A program made the translations under genes and the position numbers. Shown here piece after piece: positions 35,269 through 45,389 of a DNA stretch of 64,000 bases. The notes beneath the pieces are model-generated. The model was not told the DNA's origin and did no database searches. It saw only the letters and a program-made list of their open reading frames with translations. Origin of the DNA: an uncultured Acidobacteriota bacterium (GTDB taxonomy: Bacteria > Acidobacteriota > Thermoanaerobaculia > Multivoradales > UBA5704); the NCBI GenBank assembly GCA_963770895.1, contig CAVYRF010000002.1, forward strand, positions 3,264,001 through 3,328,000, in the 5' to 3' direction. How positions within the stretch are numbered: the stretch's first letter is position 1; each line of letters begins with the position of its first letter.

Positions 35269-35586
35269 ATGATCGCCGCGACCCCGACCACCTACGAGCA
35301 CATCGCCCTGGACGACCAGGGTATCCCGTGGATACCGGCAGCCAACACCAAGGTGGTCGAGCTGGTCGCCAGCGTCAGGGCGCACGGCTGGAGCCCCGAA
35401 GAGCTGGTCTTCCAGTATCCCCATCTGACCCTCGGCCAAGTGCACTCCGCTCTCGCCTTCTATTGGGACCACCAAAAAGAGGTCGATGCGGACCTGGCCC
35501 GCCGCGAGGCATATGCGGAGCGTCTGCGCGCCGAGCAGGGCGACTCGCCCGTCATCGCCAAGCTGAGAGCCCGGGGCCTGATCTAA
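35269..35586 (+). CDS. DUF433 domain antitoxin
   Basis: GIPWIPAANTKVVELV...GWSPEELVFQYPHLTLGQVHSALAFYWD. Confidence 0.88.
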   Translation: MIAATPTTYEHIALDDQGIPWIPAANTKVVELVASVRAHGWSPEELVFQYPHLTLGQVHSALAFYWDHQKEVDADLARREAYAERLRAEQGDSPVIAKLRARGLI

Positions 35587-35588
35587 CC

Positions 35589-35790
35589 TTGCCGGTTCGT
35601 CTCTACTTCGACCACAACGTAAACCAGGCAATCGTCCACGGTCTCTCCGCGGTCTGTCCCCTCCGTCTTTGAAGACGGGACGTACCGTTTTCCCGACTCG
35701 GATCTGCTGGACCGGGCAATGGCGATCGGCCGGGTGCTCGTCTCCTGCGACCTGGACCTGGTAGTCGAGGCCCGCTGCCGCCAGCGCGCC
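35589..35790 (+). pseudogene. DUF5615 PIN-like toxin, frameshifted/truncated
   Basis: LPVRLYFDHNVNQAIVHGL, then in another frame EDGTYRFPDSDLLDRAMAIGRVLVSCDLDL. Follows DUF433. Confidence 0.7.
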
Positions 35791-35942
35791 GGTAGCGTCT
35801 CTCAATGGGCGGCTGCACCGGCGCGGCACGGCAGGGACCTGCTTCACCCTTGTGCCTTGCACCCTGCCGCTGAACAGGCGTACGCCCAGGTGTGGGCGCC
35901 GCAGCGCACTAGGCATAGAATGGACCTGGAGGGACGTTGCTT

Positions 35943-36191
35943 ATGGCGCCGCGTGACAATCTCCATCGGCTGGTGGACTCTCTCCCCGAGAGCGAGCTGG
36001 AGCGCGCCGAGCGCGTGCTTGAGGCGTTGCGCCTGGTGGCCGACCCGCCCTATCGGCCGCTGGAGGACGCTCCCCTTGACGACGAAGCCGAGACCCCCGA
36101 GGAGAAGGCGGCGGTGGCCGAGGCGCGGGACGACGTGGCGGTCGGGCGCGTGGTTTCCCATGAAGAGGCAAGGCGGCGCTGGGGCCTTTAG
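35943..36191 (+). CDS. putative antitoxin
   Basis: Acidic small protein (LHRLVDSLPE...APLDDEAETPEE...GRVVSHEEARRRWGL) abutting a RelE-like gene. Confidence 0.75.
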   Translation: MAPRDNLHRLVDSLPESELERAERVLEALRLVADPPYRPLEDAPLDDEAETPEEKAAVAEARDDVAVGRVVSHEEARRRWGL

Positions 36192-36467
36192 GTGGAGCAG
36201 CCTCCTCCGCCACGCCTCCGCCTTGATTGGTCGACTCGGGCGCTGCGAGACGCCGATCGACTCGATCCCAAGACCCGCACGAGGGTTGTCGCGGCGCTCG
36301 ACCGCTACGTCGAGACGCGCCACGGTGACGTGGCGAAGCTGGCCGGCATCGACCCACCGGAATATCGCCTGCGGGTCGGTCCATGGCGCGTGCGCTTCAC
36401 ATGGGACCAAACCGCCGGCGTTGTGACCGTTCTGCACATCTTCGGGCGTGGCCAGGGATACGAATAG
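36192..36467 (+). CDS. RelE/ParE family toxin
   Basis: WSTRALRD, GDVAKLAG, EYRLRVGPWRVRF, VLHIFGRGQGY. Confidence 0.85.
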   Translation: MEQPPPPRLRLDWSTRALRDADRLDPKTRTRVVAALDRYVETRHGDVAKLAGIDPPEYRLRVGPWRVRFTWDQTAGVVTVLHIFGRGQGYE

Positions 36468-37079
36468 GGGAGAGAGCGGAGAGCGTCCCGCTGTTCCGTT
36501 CGCGTGTAGGCCGCCGATTCGTGACCGTGGCAAGGGGGGGCTTCCGCCGCTCACCCCGAGCTGGGTCGGCAGTCGATCGACGCTGGCTCGCCGAGGAAAG
36601 ACCGTAGCTCCAACCACCTCCCGCCCACCGCCCGGGTCCTGCCGCTCCCATCGTCCCGGAGTCCGAGTTTTTCCAGACGGGCATCGACCGGTGGTGCTCC
36701 CGTTAACCGGCGCCGGGACCGTCCATCGATGTCGGCCGCAGGACCACGGCGGCGTCGTCTACCCCCTCCCCTACGGCAGGGGCACCGCAAGGACTCGGCC
36801 GGGTCGCTTCACCCGTCAGATTCGGCAAGGCCCTCCGCCCTGCTGCTTTTTTCACTTAACTTGGTACTTAGTTATCGGGTCTAAATGTTGTGGGTGCAGG
36901 ATTCTAGGCCGTTCAGCGGTGCCCCCAATCGGTCGTGCATGGTGCTCCTCACTCCCGGTGGGGTACTGCATCGCCGATGGACACACTACTTCTCTGCCGT
37001 CCCCTCCCGAGCCGTCACAGCGTCACAAAGCCTGATCCATAAGGGTTTGTGCCCATTCTCGATCCGTCACAGCTCCTCG

Positions 37080-37180
37080 TGCGTATTCCGGCGAAAGTGG
37101 ACAGCCGTTCCGATCCAAAGTGGACAGCAATCGGAGCGAAGCGACGCTCAGGTGATCCTCAGTTGAAGGTGTCCACTTTG
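37080..37180 (+). mobile_element. orphan IS21-family-like end
   Basis: Starts TGCGTATTCCGGCG, carries AAAGTGGACAGC twice and an inverted GTGTCCACTTT, followed by TCGGAGCGAAGCGACG. No istA/istB follows. Confidence 0.6.
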
Positions 37181-37371
37181 AGGTCTCGAGATCTCCTCTC
37201 TTGTTTCTGACCCTGCACGGCACCACGGTCGCACGCCGTGCGCTCGACAGTGCGATCAACGGCCAGGTTCTCGACGTGTGCCAAAGGCCCGTGCCTGCCG
37301 CAAGTTTCCTCGCCTTTTTCGCCGATCGCAACCGAACTGCCGGCGAGTCCCCCGCCTCCGGAGATCTGCCC

Positions 37372-38655
37372 ATGCCCGACATCGAGCCCGTCACCCCGGG
37401 CGCCCACGAGAAGCCGCGAGAAGTGTTCATCTCCTATGCCTGGGGAGACGAATCCCCGGAGGGGAAAGTTCGCGACGAGGCCGTCGAGCGGCTTCAGGCT
37501 GCGCTCACCGCGGATGGACTCCTCCCGGTCCGCGACCGCGATCAGCTGCACTCAGGCGCGCGAATCTCGTCCTTCATGCGCCGCCTCACCCAAGCCGATG
37601 TCGTGGTGACCATCATCAGCGACAAGTACCTGCACTCTCCGTACTGCATGTACGAGATCTACAGGCTCTGGCAGCGCAGCCAAGACGTCCCCGACGACTT
37701 GGCGCGGCATCTCGTTCCGGTCATCCTCCCCGAGGTGACGATCGGCAGCTTCGACGCTCGCGTGCCCTACCTGCAATTTTGGTCGGACCGCGCCGCCAAG
37801 CTCGAAGCGCTGATCCGCGATCCGAACCTCCAGCCCTCCCGCGAGTCTTGGGACGAGGTGCGCCTGGTGTGCGAGTTCGCGCACCACGTGGACAGCATCC
37901 TGGTCTTTCTCCAAGACATCCTCATGCCCCGCAACCTCGACGCTCATTTCGACAATGGGTTCAAGGCCGTGCGGGAAGCCTTGCACAGCCGCCTGAAAGC
38001 CCCGGAACTGGCAAACCATGCCACGGTCTTGCCCCCCGCAAGAGCGGACGCACCTATTCCCGACGTCGACGTCGAACCCCGCCTCCAGACAAAGCTACGC
38101 GTTCTGGTTCTCGCAGCCAACCAGGACTGGGGGGGCATCCAGCTCGATCTGGACGAAGAGATGAGGAGCTTGCAGGTCGAGCTGGGAAGCGTCAGATTCA
38201 GGGACCAAATCTCCCTCAAAGTCATCCACTCGGTGCGCCCGGACGACCTGCTACGGCATGTCCGATCGGAGAAGCCCCATATCGTCCATTTCAGTGGCCA
38301 CGCCTCCAAAACCGGCATTGCGCTTCGTGACGATCGAGGCGGAAGCATCGAGGTGACGGGGTCAGCGCTGCGGCGTTTCCTGAAAGATCGCGGGGTCCAG
38401 CTCTTGGTGCTCAATGCTTGCTACACCCAGGACCTTTGTACTGAAGCCTCCAAGGTGGTCGGAGCCGTTGTGGGAACGACCGAAGGCATCAGCGACGAGC
38501 AGGCACAGCGTTTTTCCACGGCTTTCTATCGCGCCATCGGCGACGGGCTCTCCGTTGGAGAAGCCTTTCGGGATGGCGGCGATGCCGTTGTGCTCCACGG
38601 TCTGCAAGACGCATTCTGGAGCGAGGGCAACCTGGACCAGATCCTGCTCCAGTAA
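37372..38655 (+). CDS. TIR domain-CHAT (caspase-like) protease fusion
   Basis: TIR: VFISYAW, ISDKYLHSPYCMYE. CHAT: VLVLAAN, PHIVHFSGH, LLVLNAC, FSTAFYRAI. The frame is open from 37201. Confidence 0.85.
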   Translation: MPDIEPVTPGAHEKPREVFISYAWGDESPEGKVRDEAVERLQAALTADGLLPVRDRDQLHSGARISSFMRRLTQADVVVTIISDKYLHSPYCMYEIYRLWQRSQDVPDDLARHLVPVILPEVTIGSFDARVPYLQFWSDRAAKLEALIRDPNLQPSRESWDEVRLVCEFAHHVDSILVFLQDILMPRNLDAHFDNGFKAVREALHSRLKAPELANHATVLPPARADAPIPDVDVEPRLQTKLRVLVLAANQDWGGIQLDLDEEMRSLQVELGSVRFRDQISLKVIHSVRPDDLLRHVRSEKPHIVHFSGHASKTGIALRDDRGGSIEVTGSALRRFLKDRGVQLLVLNACYTQDLCTEASKVVGAVVGTTEGISDEQAQRFSTAFYRAIGDGLSVGEAFRDGGDAVVLHGLQDAFWSEGNLDQILLQ

Positions 38656-38853
38656 GCGTGAAGCAATACCGAGACGGCCGCCGGTAAGGCGGTTTCATTC
38701 CTCCCGCGGTCCCAACCTCGAGGTATCTCGCGGAGTGCCACCGCGGAGTTTCTCGCGACATGCGAGCCCGACCGAGGCGCCCGTGTATAGCTCGTAGATC
38801 TTTGGACCTCGGATAATGTAGGGCCCCGAGCAGGGGCCCCCGAGGAGACCGAG

Positions 38854-39156
38854 ATGTCGAGGAAGAGCGAGCGGAAGCCGGAGGAGCGGGTTGAGGCGGT
38901 TCTGGCGTTGCTGAGGCGCGAGGAGCCAGCAGCGGCGCTGGCGCGTCGGTACCAGGTCAGCGAGGCGACGATCTATCGCTGGCGGGACCAGTTCGTGGCG
39001 GCGGGTACGGCAGGGGTGGCCAAGCCGGATGGCGCTGGCGATCAAGCGTCGGCGCGGCGAATCGAGCAGTTGGAGCGCGAGGTGGACAAGCGCGCCCAGA
39101 TCATCGGCGAGCTCTCGATCGCCAACGACATTTTAAAAAAACTGCAACCCCGTTAG
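38854..39156 (+). CDS. transposase OrfA (HTH)
   Basis: LARRYQVSEATIYRWRDQF, coiled coil, ILKK end at TTTAAAAAAAC. Confidence 0.85.
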   Translation: MSRKSERKPEERVEAVLALLRREEPAAALARRYQVSEATIYRWRDQFVAAGTAGVAKPDGAGDQASARRIEQLEREVDKRAQIIGELSIANDILKKLQPR

Positions 39157-39158
39157 CG

Positions 39159-40148
39159 TTGACGGAAGAGCTGAAGATCATGATCCGCGATGCCGTCAAG
39201 GCTCATCCCGAAGCGAGGCTCAAGGCAGTCGTGCGCGCTTTAGGGCTGGCGTGTTCAAGCTTCTTTAGGCAGAGAGTTGCATTACGACGTCGCCCTGGTC
39301 CGCGTCCGCGTCCGCTCGATCCGGAGAGGAGCGCGGTCGTCCGGAGCTTCGCCTTGCAGTATCCGTGGTGGGGTTACAAGCGCCTGGCTGTGGTGCTGAG
39401 GCGGGCCGGCGAAGCGGTCACGAATCGCTTCGTCTACCGAGTTCTGAAGGCAGCGGGCCTGTTGATCCGCAAGCGCAGCCGAGACGCCGAGATCTACCAG
39501 GCGGCTCGGCTTTTCGAGCTACTGCCTCGCGGTCCCAATGAACTCTGGCAGGCTGACGTGACGTACATCCACATCCCTGGTCATGGCTGGCGGTACGCAG
39601 TCACCGTCATCGATTACTACAGCCGCTATTTGCTGGCGATGCACTTGTCGGCGAGTTTCGACGCGTCGGCGCTGATCGTGGGCATCGACCAGGCCCTCGC
39701 CGAAGCGGAACGGCTTCATGGCCCGCTCCTGCGGCGGCCAACGCTGGTCACGGACAACGGCGCGAGCTTCCTGTCGCGGCGCTTCCAAGGGCACATTGCT
39801 GCGAGTCTGGATCACATGCGGACCCGCTACCGGACGCCTGAGCAGCTCGGCCTGCTCGAGCGCTTCCACCGGACGCTCAAAGACGAGGAAGTGCACTGGC
39901 AACTCTACCGCTCGCCGCAGGACGCGAGGGAGAAGCTCGAAGCCTTCCGCCAGCGATACAACGAGATCAGGCCGCATTGGGCGCTGGTGGCGCCTTCGGG
40001 CGGCGATCCCATCACCCCTGCCGAGGTCTACCGGGACGCCAAGGTCGTCCAACTACCGGCGTGGCAGGGTTGGGCAAGGGCTGCCAAGGAAAAGCTGGAA
40101 AAGCTTCAGCTAGGGCAACAGCTGTACGTGGAGGCGATCCCGGCCTGA
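39159..40148 (+). CDS. transposase OrfB (DDE/rve)
   Basis: WWGYKR, WQADVTYI, IDYYSR, TDNG, ERFHRTLKDE, YNEIRPH. Confidence 0.9.
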   Translation: MTEELKIMIRDAVKAHPEARLKAVVRALGLACSSFFRQRVALRRRPGPRPRPLDPERSAVVRSFALQYPWWGYKRLAVVLRRAGEAVTNRFVYRVLKAAGLLIRKRSRDAEIYQAARLFELLPRGPNELWQADVTYIHIPGHGWRYAVTVIDYYSRYLLAMHLSASFDASALIVGIDQALAEAERLHGPLLRRPTLVTDNGASFLSRRFQGHIAASLDHMRTRYRTPEQLGLLERFHRTLKDEEVHWQLYRSPQDAREKLEAFRQRYNEIRPHWALVAPSGGDPITPAEVYRDAKVVQLPAWQGWARAAKEKLEKLQLGQQLYVEAIPA

Positions 40149-40163
40149 CCGCCGGAGACGAGG

Positions 40164-41120
40164 TCACACACAAACCGACCAACCGGGTCCATCTGATCTC
40201 CGAGCCAAGACACCCGGGCCGGAGCTGCGCGTCCAGGCCTTGATGCCGGTACCACAACCTCGCGGTTTTCCCCACCTCGCCGCCGCTTCGTCTACAGTGC
40301 TCGGGACCCGCCGGCATGGGCTTGCCAATCCTCGGGGCACTTCTCGGCCACAAACAACCAAGCGGGTGTCTGCGCTTAGAGAAGGGCCGACCCGGAGCCC
40401 CTGCTTGGACAGGACCAAGAGCTGGTCGGCTTGCGGAACCGTGAGCGGCACGCTGCCGTCCCCGAGCCACTTGTACACAAAAACCGTCACTTGATCGCCC
40501 ACCTGCAGTTCCGCCGGCGCTTGCATATCCTCGCTACAGAAGATGTAGGACCCGATCCGGAAGTGCGCGATAGGCGAAAGCAAATAGATGCTCGAAAGAG
40601 CCTGCGCAGTTGCCGCGCGCAATGTCTTGGTAACTGAGACGGAGGCGATGGTACTGGGCGTTCCAGCTCCAGACAAGAATCCGGGTGTCCTGGCTGTGAC
40701 GGTGCCAACGTAGACTCCGACCGAGTTAGCGGCCAAACTTTCGAGACTTCCCGTCGATGAAGCTGGCGCAGTGATGTGGCCAAATGCAGAGTTGACGGTA
40801 TAGGTGATGCACTCGCTTGCGCTGACCTCAGCCACTGTCGTGTCGTTTGTGGCGCCGGAGCCGAGTTCCTTTGCCAACTCGCGCACGACACTGTGCAAGT
40901 AGCTGTCCTCCGAGGTGTCGCCGATCAGATCGTAGTTGAGGACATGATCTCGGTCGGCAGCCGCTGTCGCCGAGACCCAAACAGGAGGAGCGTTGTCGAT
41001 TCCTTTATCCCGAGGGAACTGAATCACGTCCGGCAGCGCACTCCCAGGCGCCTGCCCCAGCGCAGTGCCTGCCCCACCTAACTGAGACGCCACTACTAGG
41101 AGAACCAGCAAGAATTTCAT
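40164..41120 (-). CDS. secreted hypothetical protein, 3' end running into the IS
   Basis: Clear signal peptide MKFLLVLLVVASQLGGAGTALG and lower GC. The last codons overlap the IS right end. Confidence 0.6.
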   Translation of the reverse strand: MKFLLVLLVVASQLGGAGTALGQAPGSALPDVIQFPRDKGIDNAPPVWVSATAAADRDHVLNYDLIGDTSEDSYLHSVVRELAKELGSGATNDTTVAEVSASECITYTVNSAFGHITAPASSTGSLESLAANSVGVYVGTVTARTPGFLSGAGTPSTIASVSVTKTLRAATAQALSSIYLLSPIAHFRIGSYIFCSEDMQAPAELQVGDQVTVFVYKWLGDGSVPLTVPQADQLLVLSKQGLRVGPSLSADTRLVVCGREVPRGLASPCRRVPSTVDEAAARWGKPRGCGTGIKAWTRSSGPGVLARRSDGPGWSVCV

Positions 41121-41787
41121 GTGTGTGTAGCCCTTTCTTGATGCGCCTCGTTAATCGGGTGAAATCGCTTGGCGGGCGCGACGCCATGCTTCAAGCTAGG
41201 AGCCACAGCGCTTGATGGTACATCCGTATCAAGGATCGACACCGAGAATGACTCCCCAGGAAAAGCGATGACCCCAGTGTCGCCGCGCGGCCTCCCCGAC
41301 GAACCCTTCCGACAGAGTGTAGGTAAGCACGGCTTACCCACTCGCGGCTTCTGCAACTATTTCATATCATGCGTAACTTCTTTGCGGACCTGATTACAGG
41401 AGGGAGCGCGGCCTCGCCGAGTGGCCCCACAGCTACCCCCTGCAGGTATAGTTGCCTAAGCCAGCCATCCAGAGACAAAGCAATCGCGGCTGCTGCGTAA
41501 TTCAGGTTGGGGGGCGCCTGCAGCAGCCTGCAGTCCGGCGATACCCCTTAGGCTCCGACGGCGGCGCCACGGCGCCGGGGATCGGACGGTGGGGCGGCGA
41601 CTGCCGGCGGGCGCTCCAGGCCGCCCGCAGCCGGGGGGTGCGGGCCGAGGACCCGCCGTGCTCGAGCTTGTTTTCGCCGGCCGGTTGTGGCGCGGTGCCG
41701 CAGGTGGAAGGCGTGCCCCGGCCGTTCGGAGGCGTCGCTGTACGAACCGGACATGGCAGACGCCGGCTGAGCCCAACGGCGCACCGA

Positions 41788-44583
41788 TCAGTTCTCTTGC
41801 GTCGACCAGGTGGCGTACAGAGCCTGCCCCATGCTCATTGCGGCGTGGACGTTCTCCTGGTCGTCGCCGGCGGCGCCGGCGCTTTCGAGCGCGCCCTCGA
41901 TTGACAGGCCGTCGACTTGAACCGAGGCGCTGACCTTGCGGGCGACGAGATGAAGGGCCGTCTCCTGGCCTGTCGCCTTGTAGTAGGGGACTTCGATCAG
42001 CACGTCGCGCGTCTGGCCGATGCGGTGGATGCGGCCGTTTGCCTGGCGCACGACGCGGGCATCGTAGTCCACGCCCTCGGCCCAGATGGCGCTCGAGAAA
42101 TGGACCAGGTTGTTGAGGCCGGTCTGGACCGCGCGGGGGTTGGCGATAAGGATGCGGCAGCCGGGCCGGATCACATTGGCGTTGAGCCATGCCTCGCGCT
42201 CGGCCGGAGTGACCCTGGTCACGTCGAGGAAGACCGCCGTTTCGCCGAGATAGAGCCGCAGGAGTTGTTGGTAGCGCTTGGGCAGGCCAGCGTTGCCCGT
42301 ATGGCGGAGAAAGAGGATCACGTTGCGGCCATCCGCCAGGTGCTGGCCGAGCCGGTCGACGATCCATCGCTCCTTGGGCGTGCGCCAGCCGGCGGGTAGA
42401 GCCTTCGCCACGGCGAGAATCTCACCACCATCCGCCTCGGGGTAGCGGATCACGAAAGGTGGCAGGTCCGCCGTGGCGCGGTCGGGATAGGACGGCAGCT
42501 CGGCCATGGCGCCCCAGAGCTTGCCAGTCCGTGGTGTATAGAGGTCCTTTCTGATCTGGCGGCCGAGAAGCTCGATGAGGCGGCGGTACTCGGTGGCGAG
42601 CTCGGCCGCGAAGGGGTCGGCGGTTTCCAGGTCGATCGGAACCGGCAGCTCCTGGCAGGGCGGCAGCTCCTCGTCGAGATCGGCCTTATGCATGACCAGG
42701 CCAATCGGGAGCAGGTGCTTGATGATGAAGTCGGGGAGGATGCCGGGGGCCTCCCCGACCTGACGGGCGGCGGGCGACTCGCGGATCTCTTCGCGGTCGC
42801 TCGTGGTGCCGTAGCCGACGACCCGCGCCTCCGCATCCTCGCCGACGGGCTGGTAGATCTTGCGATAGCCAAAGCGGCTGACGAAGGCCTGGCGCTCGTT
42901 GCGGTGGAACTCGCGGCGGAAGCGCGGGCTGAGCGCCCAGAAGTTGGCGAAGAGCGAGCTGGCGTATCCGCTCATGAGCGACCCCGAGAGTGCGATCGTG
43001 GGCACGCCCGGAAGCGCGACCAGGCGATGGGCAGCCTTCTGCTGCGCCGAGCCCTGGTGGGAGAATTCATGCACCTCGTCAAGGACCAAGAGGTCGAAGC
43101 GGCGGCGGTGGCGCTTGAGGATGAGCCGTGCGAGAGGATACCTGCGAGGCTCGGGGACGGGCTGGAAGAGCGGCTCGCCGCAGGGATCGGTTTCGATCCA
43201 GCTGCCGGCCTTGCCGAGGAGCGCCAGGCAGGCCAGCTCATCGGGAGTGGTGTCGTGGCTGGGGCGGTTCGCGAGGACGCGACCGGCAAGGTCGGTGAGC
43301 CGGCGGTTCAGCTCGTCCTGGTGGTAGACCTCGGTAGTCCATGCCTCGGCGGGTCTGGCGCGGGCGAGCTCCACAGCCTGGCGGCAGCGAGCGGCGGCGG
43401 CATGCAGGCCGTCATGGATCTCCTGCTGCAGGCCGGCCGCGAGGGCGAGCCGGTGAAGAGCCGTTTCGAGGTCGCGGCTCGGGGTGCGCTGCAGGCACCG
43501 GTCGAGGACGATCTCGGCGAGCGCGAGGAGGTCCGAGCGGAGGTCCTCCTGCTCGCGCGGTGACCGCGGCGCAGCGGCGCAGTCGTCGCGGTGGCGCTCG
43601 AGCGCCAGGTGAAGAATGCGGTGGTGCTTGAGGAGATGGCGGACGACCGGATCGGTGGGGTAGGAGGAGAGCAGATGCGACGCGAGACGCTCGGCGAGAC
43701 GGGCGACCGGGTCCTGGGGCAGGCGGGCGACGTGTTCGCAACGCGCTCTCGTGGTAGCGAGCTTGGAGGGTGGGAGCTGGATCTCGCCGCCACACCGGGG
43801 ACAGTACGGCAAGCCGACGCCGCGCACGCCGGGGCCGAGCTTCGCGGTCTCGCGGCTCAGGATGTAGATCTCGGCGTTTCGGGAGAGGTCCGAGAGGGTG
43901 TGGATGACGACGATCCGGGCGTCGGGCAGGACAGCCGCCGCCTGGTCGGCCCAGCTGGTGAGGAGGTGAGGCGGACAGACCACCAGGATGCGGCGGACGG
44001 GGCGCAGCCGGCGCGGGTCGAAGCCTGCGCGACGGAGTTCGGCCGTGGTGGCCTGAAAGTGGCACGGCCGGAGGGCGCCGGCGATCGAAAGGGCGACCGT
44101 GCTCTTGCCGGTGCCGACCTCGGCGGCCGCGACCAGGTTCTCCCCCCGCGTGAGTAGCTTGAGGCCGGCGGTAATGACATCGCGCTGGCAACGGAAGGGC
44201 TGGCGCGCGAGGGCCGGCAGGGCGATGGCGTGCTCGGGGTTGCTCGGATCATGCAGGGCCGGGAACTGCTCGCGCATGTGGCGGCCGAGGCTCACCGCGT
44301 AGCTCGCGACAAGATCGGCGCTGTTGAAGTTGGCGAGGTCCTGGGTGCCGGAGGGCGTTGCACCGGGGGCGATCTCGTGGAACTCGAGGGTGTCGAGCCG
44401 CAGGATGTTGAGAGTCAGGCGCGGCCGCTGCACCAGGATCTCCCCGACCTTCTCGCCTTCCGGGTTGAAGCGCTCCTCGACGGTCACAAAGCGCCGGTGG
44501 AGCGAGCCCTTGACGAGCAGTGGCGGCAGGCCGGGCCGATCGGCGGTGATGTGCTTGCCATTGAGCATGCCGGAGGAGAGCGC
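41788..44583 (-). pseudogene. C-terminal part (SF2 helicase) of an interrupted MTase-helicase gene
   Basis: AAEVGTGKS, LVLDEVH, LSGS, VQTGLNNL, QANGRIHRIGQ. Joins 51592-52490 in frame when 44584-51591 and one TSD copy are removed. Confidence 0.85.
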
Positions 44584-44744
44584 TGAGAGCGGTCGCGGTA
44601 AACGATGGAAGGCGGGCGTTGGTTGATCAAGATAAGCGATGGTCGTGGGGTGGCGACCATCAAGTAGCGTGATCGGCAGGGTAGGTCAGCATCATCGGCG
44701 CCCGCAGGGCGCCATCCGCTCAAAACAAGGAAGCCCTCCAGGGG

Positions 44745-45389
44745 TTGACGCCACCCCCGGAGGGCTTGTCTGCTTTCGTTGTCGACGCGAAAGGAGACGA
44801 TCCCTTGTACCAGACCTTGCTGCGAGATTCCAGCTTGTTCGAGCTACTGCTGCGCTTCGACGCCGATCTGGCGGCAATGGTTCGCGAGGGCGGATGCGCC
44901 GTCTGCGGAGGGGCGCTGCACAGCGCTCGCTACCGGCGCAAGCCACGGGGCGGTCCCCTGGGGCTCGGGGCCGAGTACGCCTTGCGGCAGAGCTTCTGCT
45001 GCGCCACCGAGGGCTGCCGGCGGCGAGCGACGCCACCGTCGGTACGGTTCCTCGGCCGCAAGGTGTTCTTCGGTCTCTGGGTGCTGCTGCTGCCGGTGCT
45101 TCGGGAAGGGCCGACAGCCGAGCGCCTGCACCGTCTGGAGGAGGTTTTTAGAGTGAGCCGGCGGACCCTGTTGCGCTGGCGGCGGTGGTGGCGCGAGGTC
45201 GTGCCACGGAGCCGATTCTGGCAGTCGCGGCGCGGCGACTGGGCTTCGCCAGTGCCGCCGGCGGCGCTACCGAGCTCCCTGCTGGCCGGGTTCGAGCACC
45301 TTGCCGGGATCGCCGAGCAGGCGTTGTCGGCGCTGCGCTGGCTGGCGCCGCTCGGCGCCACCGGCAGCTTCTTGGATCACGCTCGGTGA
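44745..45389 (+). CDS. transposon accessory protein (Zn finger + HTH, DUF6431-like)
   Basis: CAVCGG...FCCATEGCRRRATPPSVRFLGRKVF, VSRRTLLRWRRWW. First ORF inside the IR; start uncertain. Confidence 0.7.
   Translation: MTPPPEGLSAFVVDAKGDDPLYQTLLRDSSLFELLLRFDADLAAMVREGGCAVCGGALHSARYRRKPRGGPLGLGAEYALRQSFCCATEGCRRRATPPSVRFLGRKVFFGLWVLLLPVLREGPTAERLHRLEEVFRVSRRTLLRWRRWWREVVPRSRFWQSRRGDWASPVPPAALPSSLLAGFEHLAGIAEQALSALRWLAPLGATGSFLDHAR

Larger units (their letters stand above)
38800..40212 (+). mobile_element. IS3/IS481-like insertion sequence (orfA/orfB)
   Basis: HTH orfA plus DDE orfB, A7 slippery run near 39135, imperfect ends sharing CTCGGA, right end ...CA at 40212. No TSD found. Confidence 0.75.

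Noticed and set aside
37080-37180. Short direct repeats here and at 61066-61170 as mini-CRISPR arrays
   Set aside because: Only two 12-16 bp repeats with very short spacers and no cas genes. They fit IS21-type ends.
41130-41780. Possible ncRNA or small genes in this intergenic stretch
   Set aside because: No convincing RBS-ORF, repeat or recognisable RNA motif was found.
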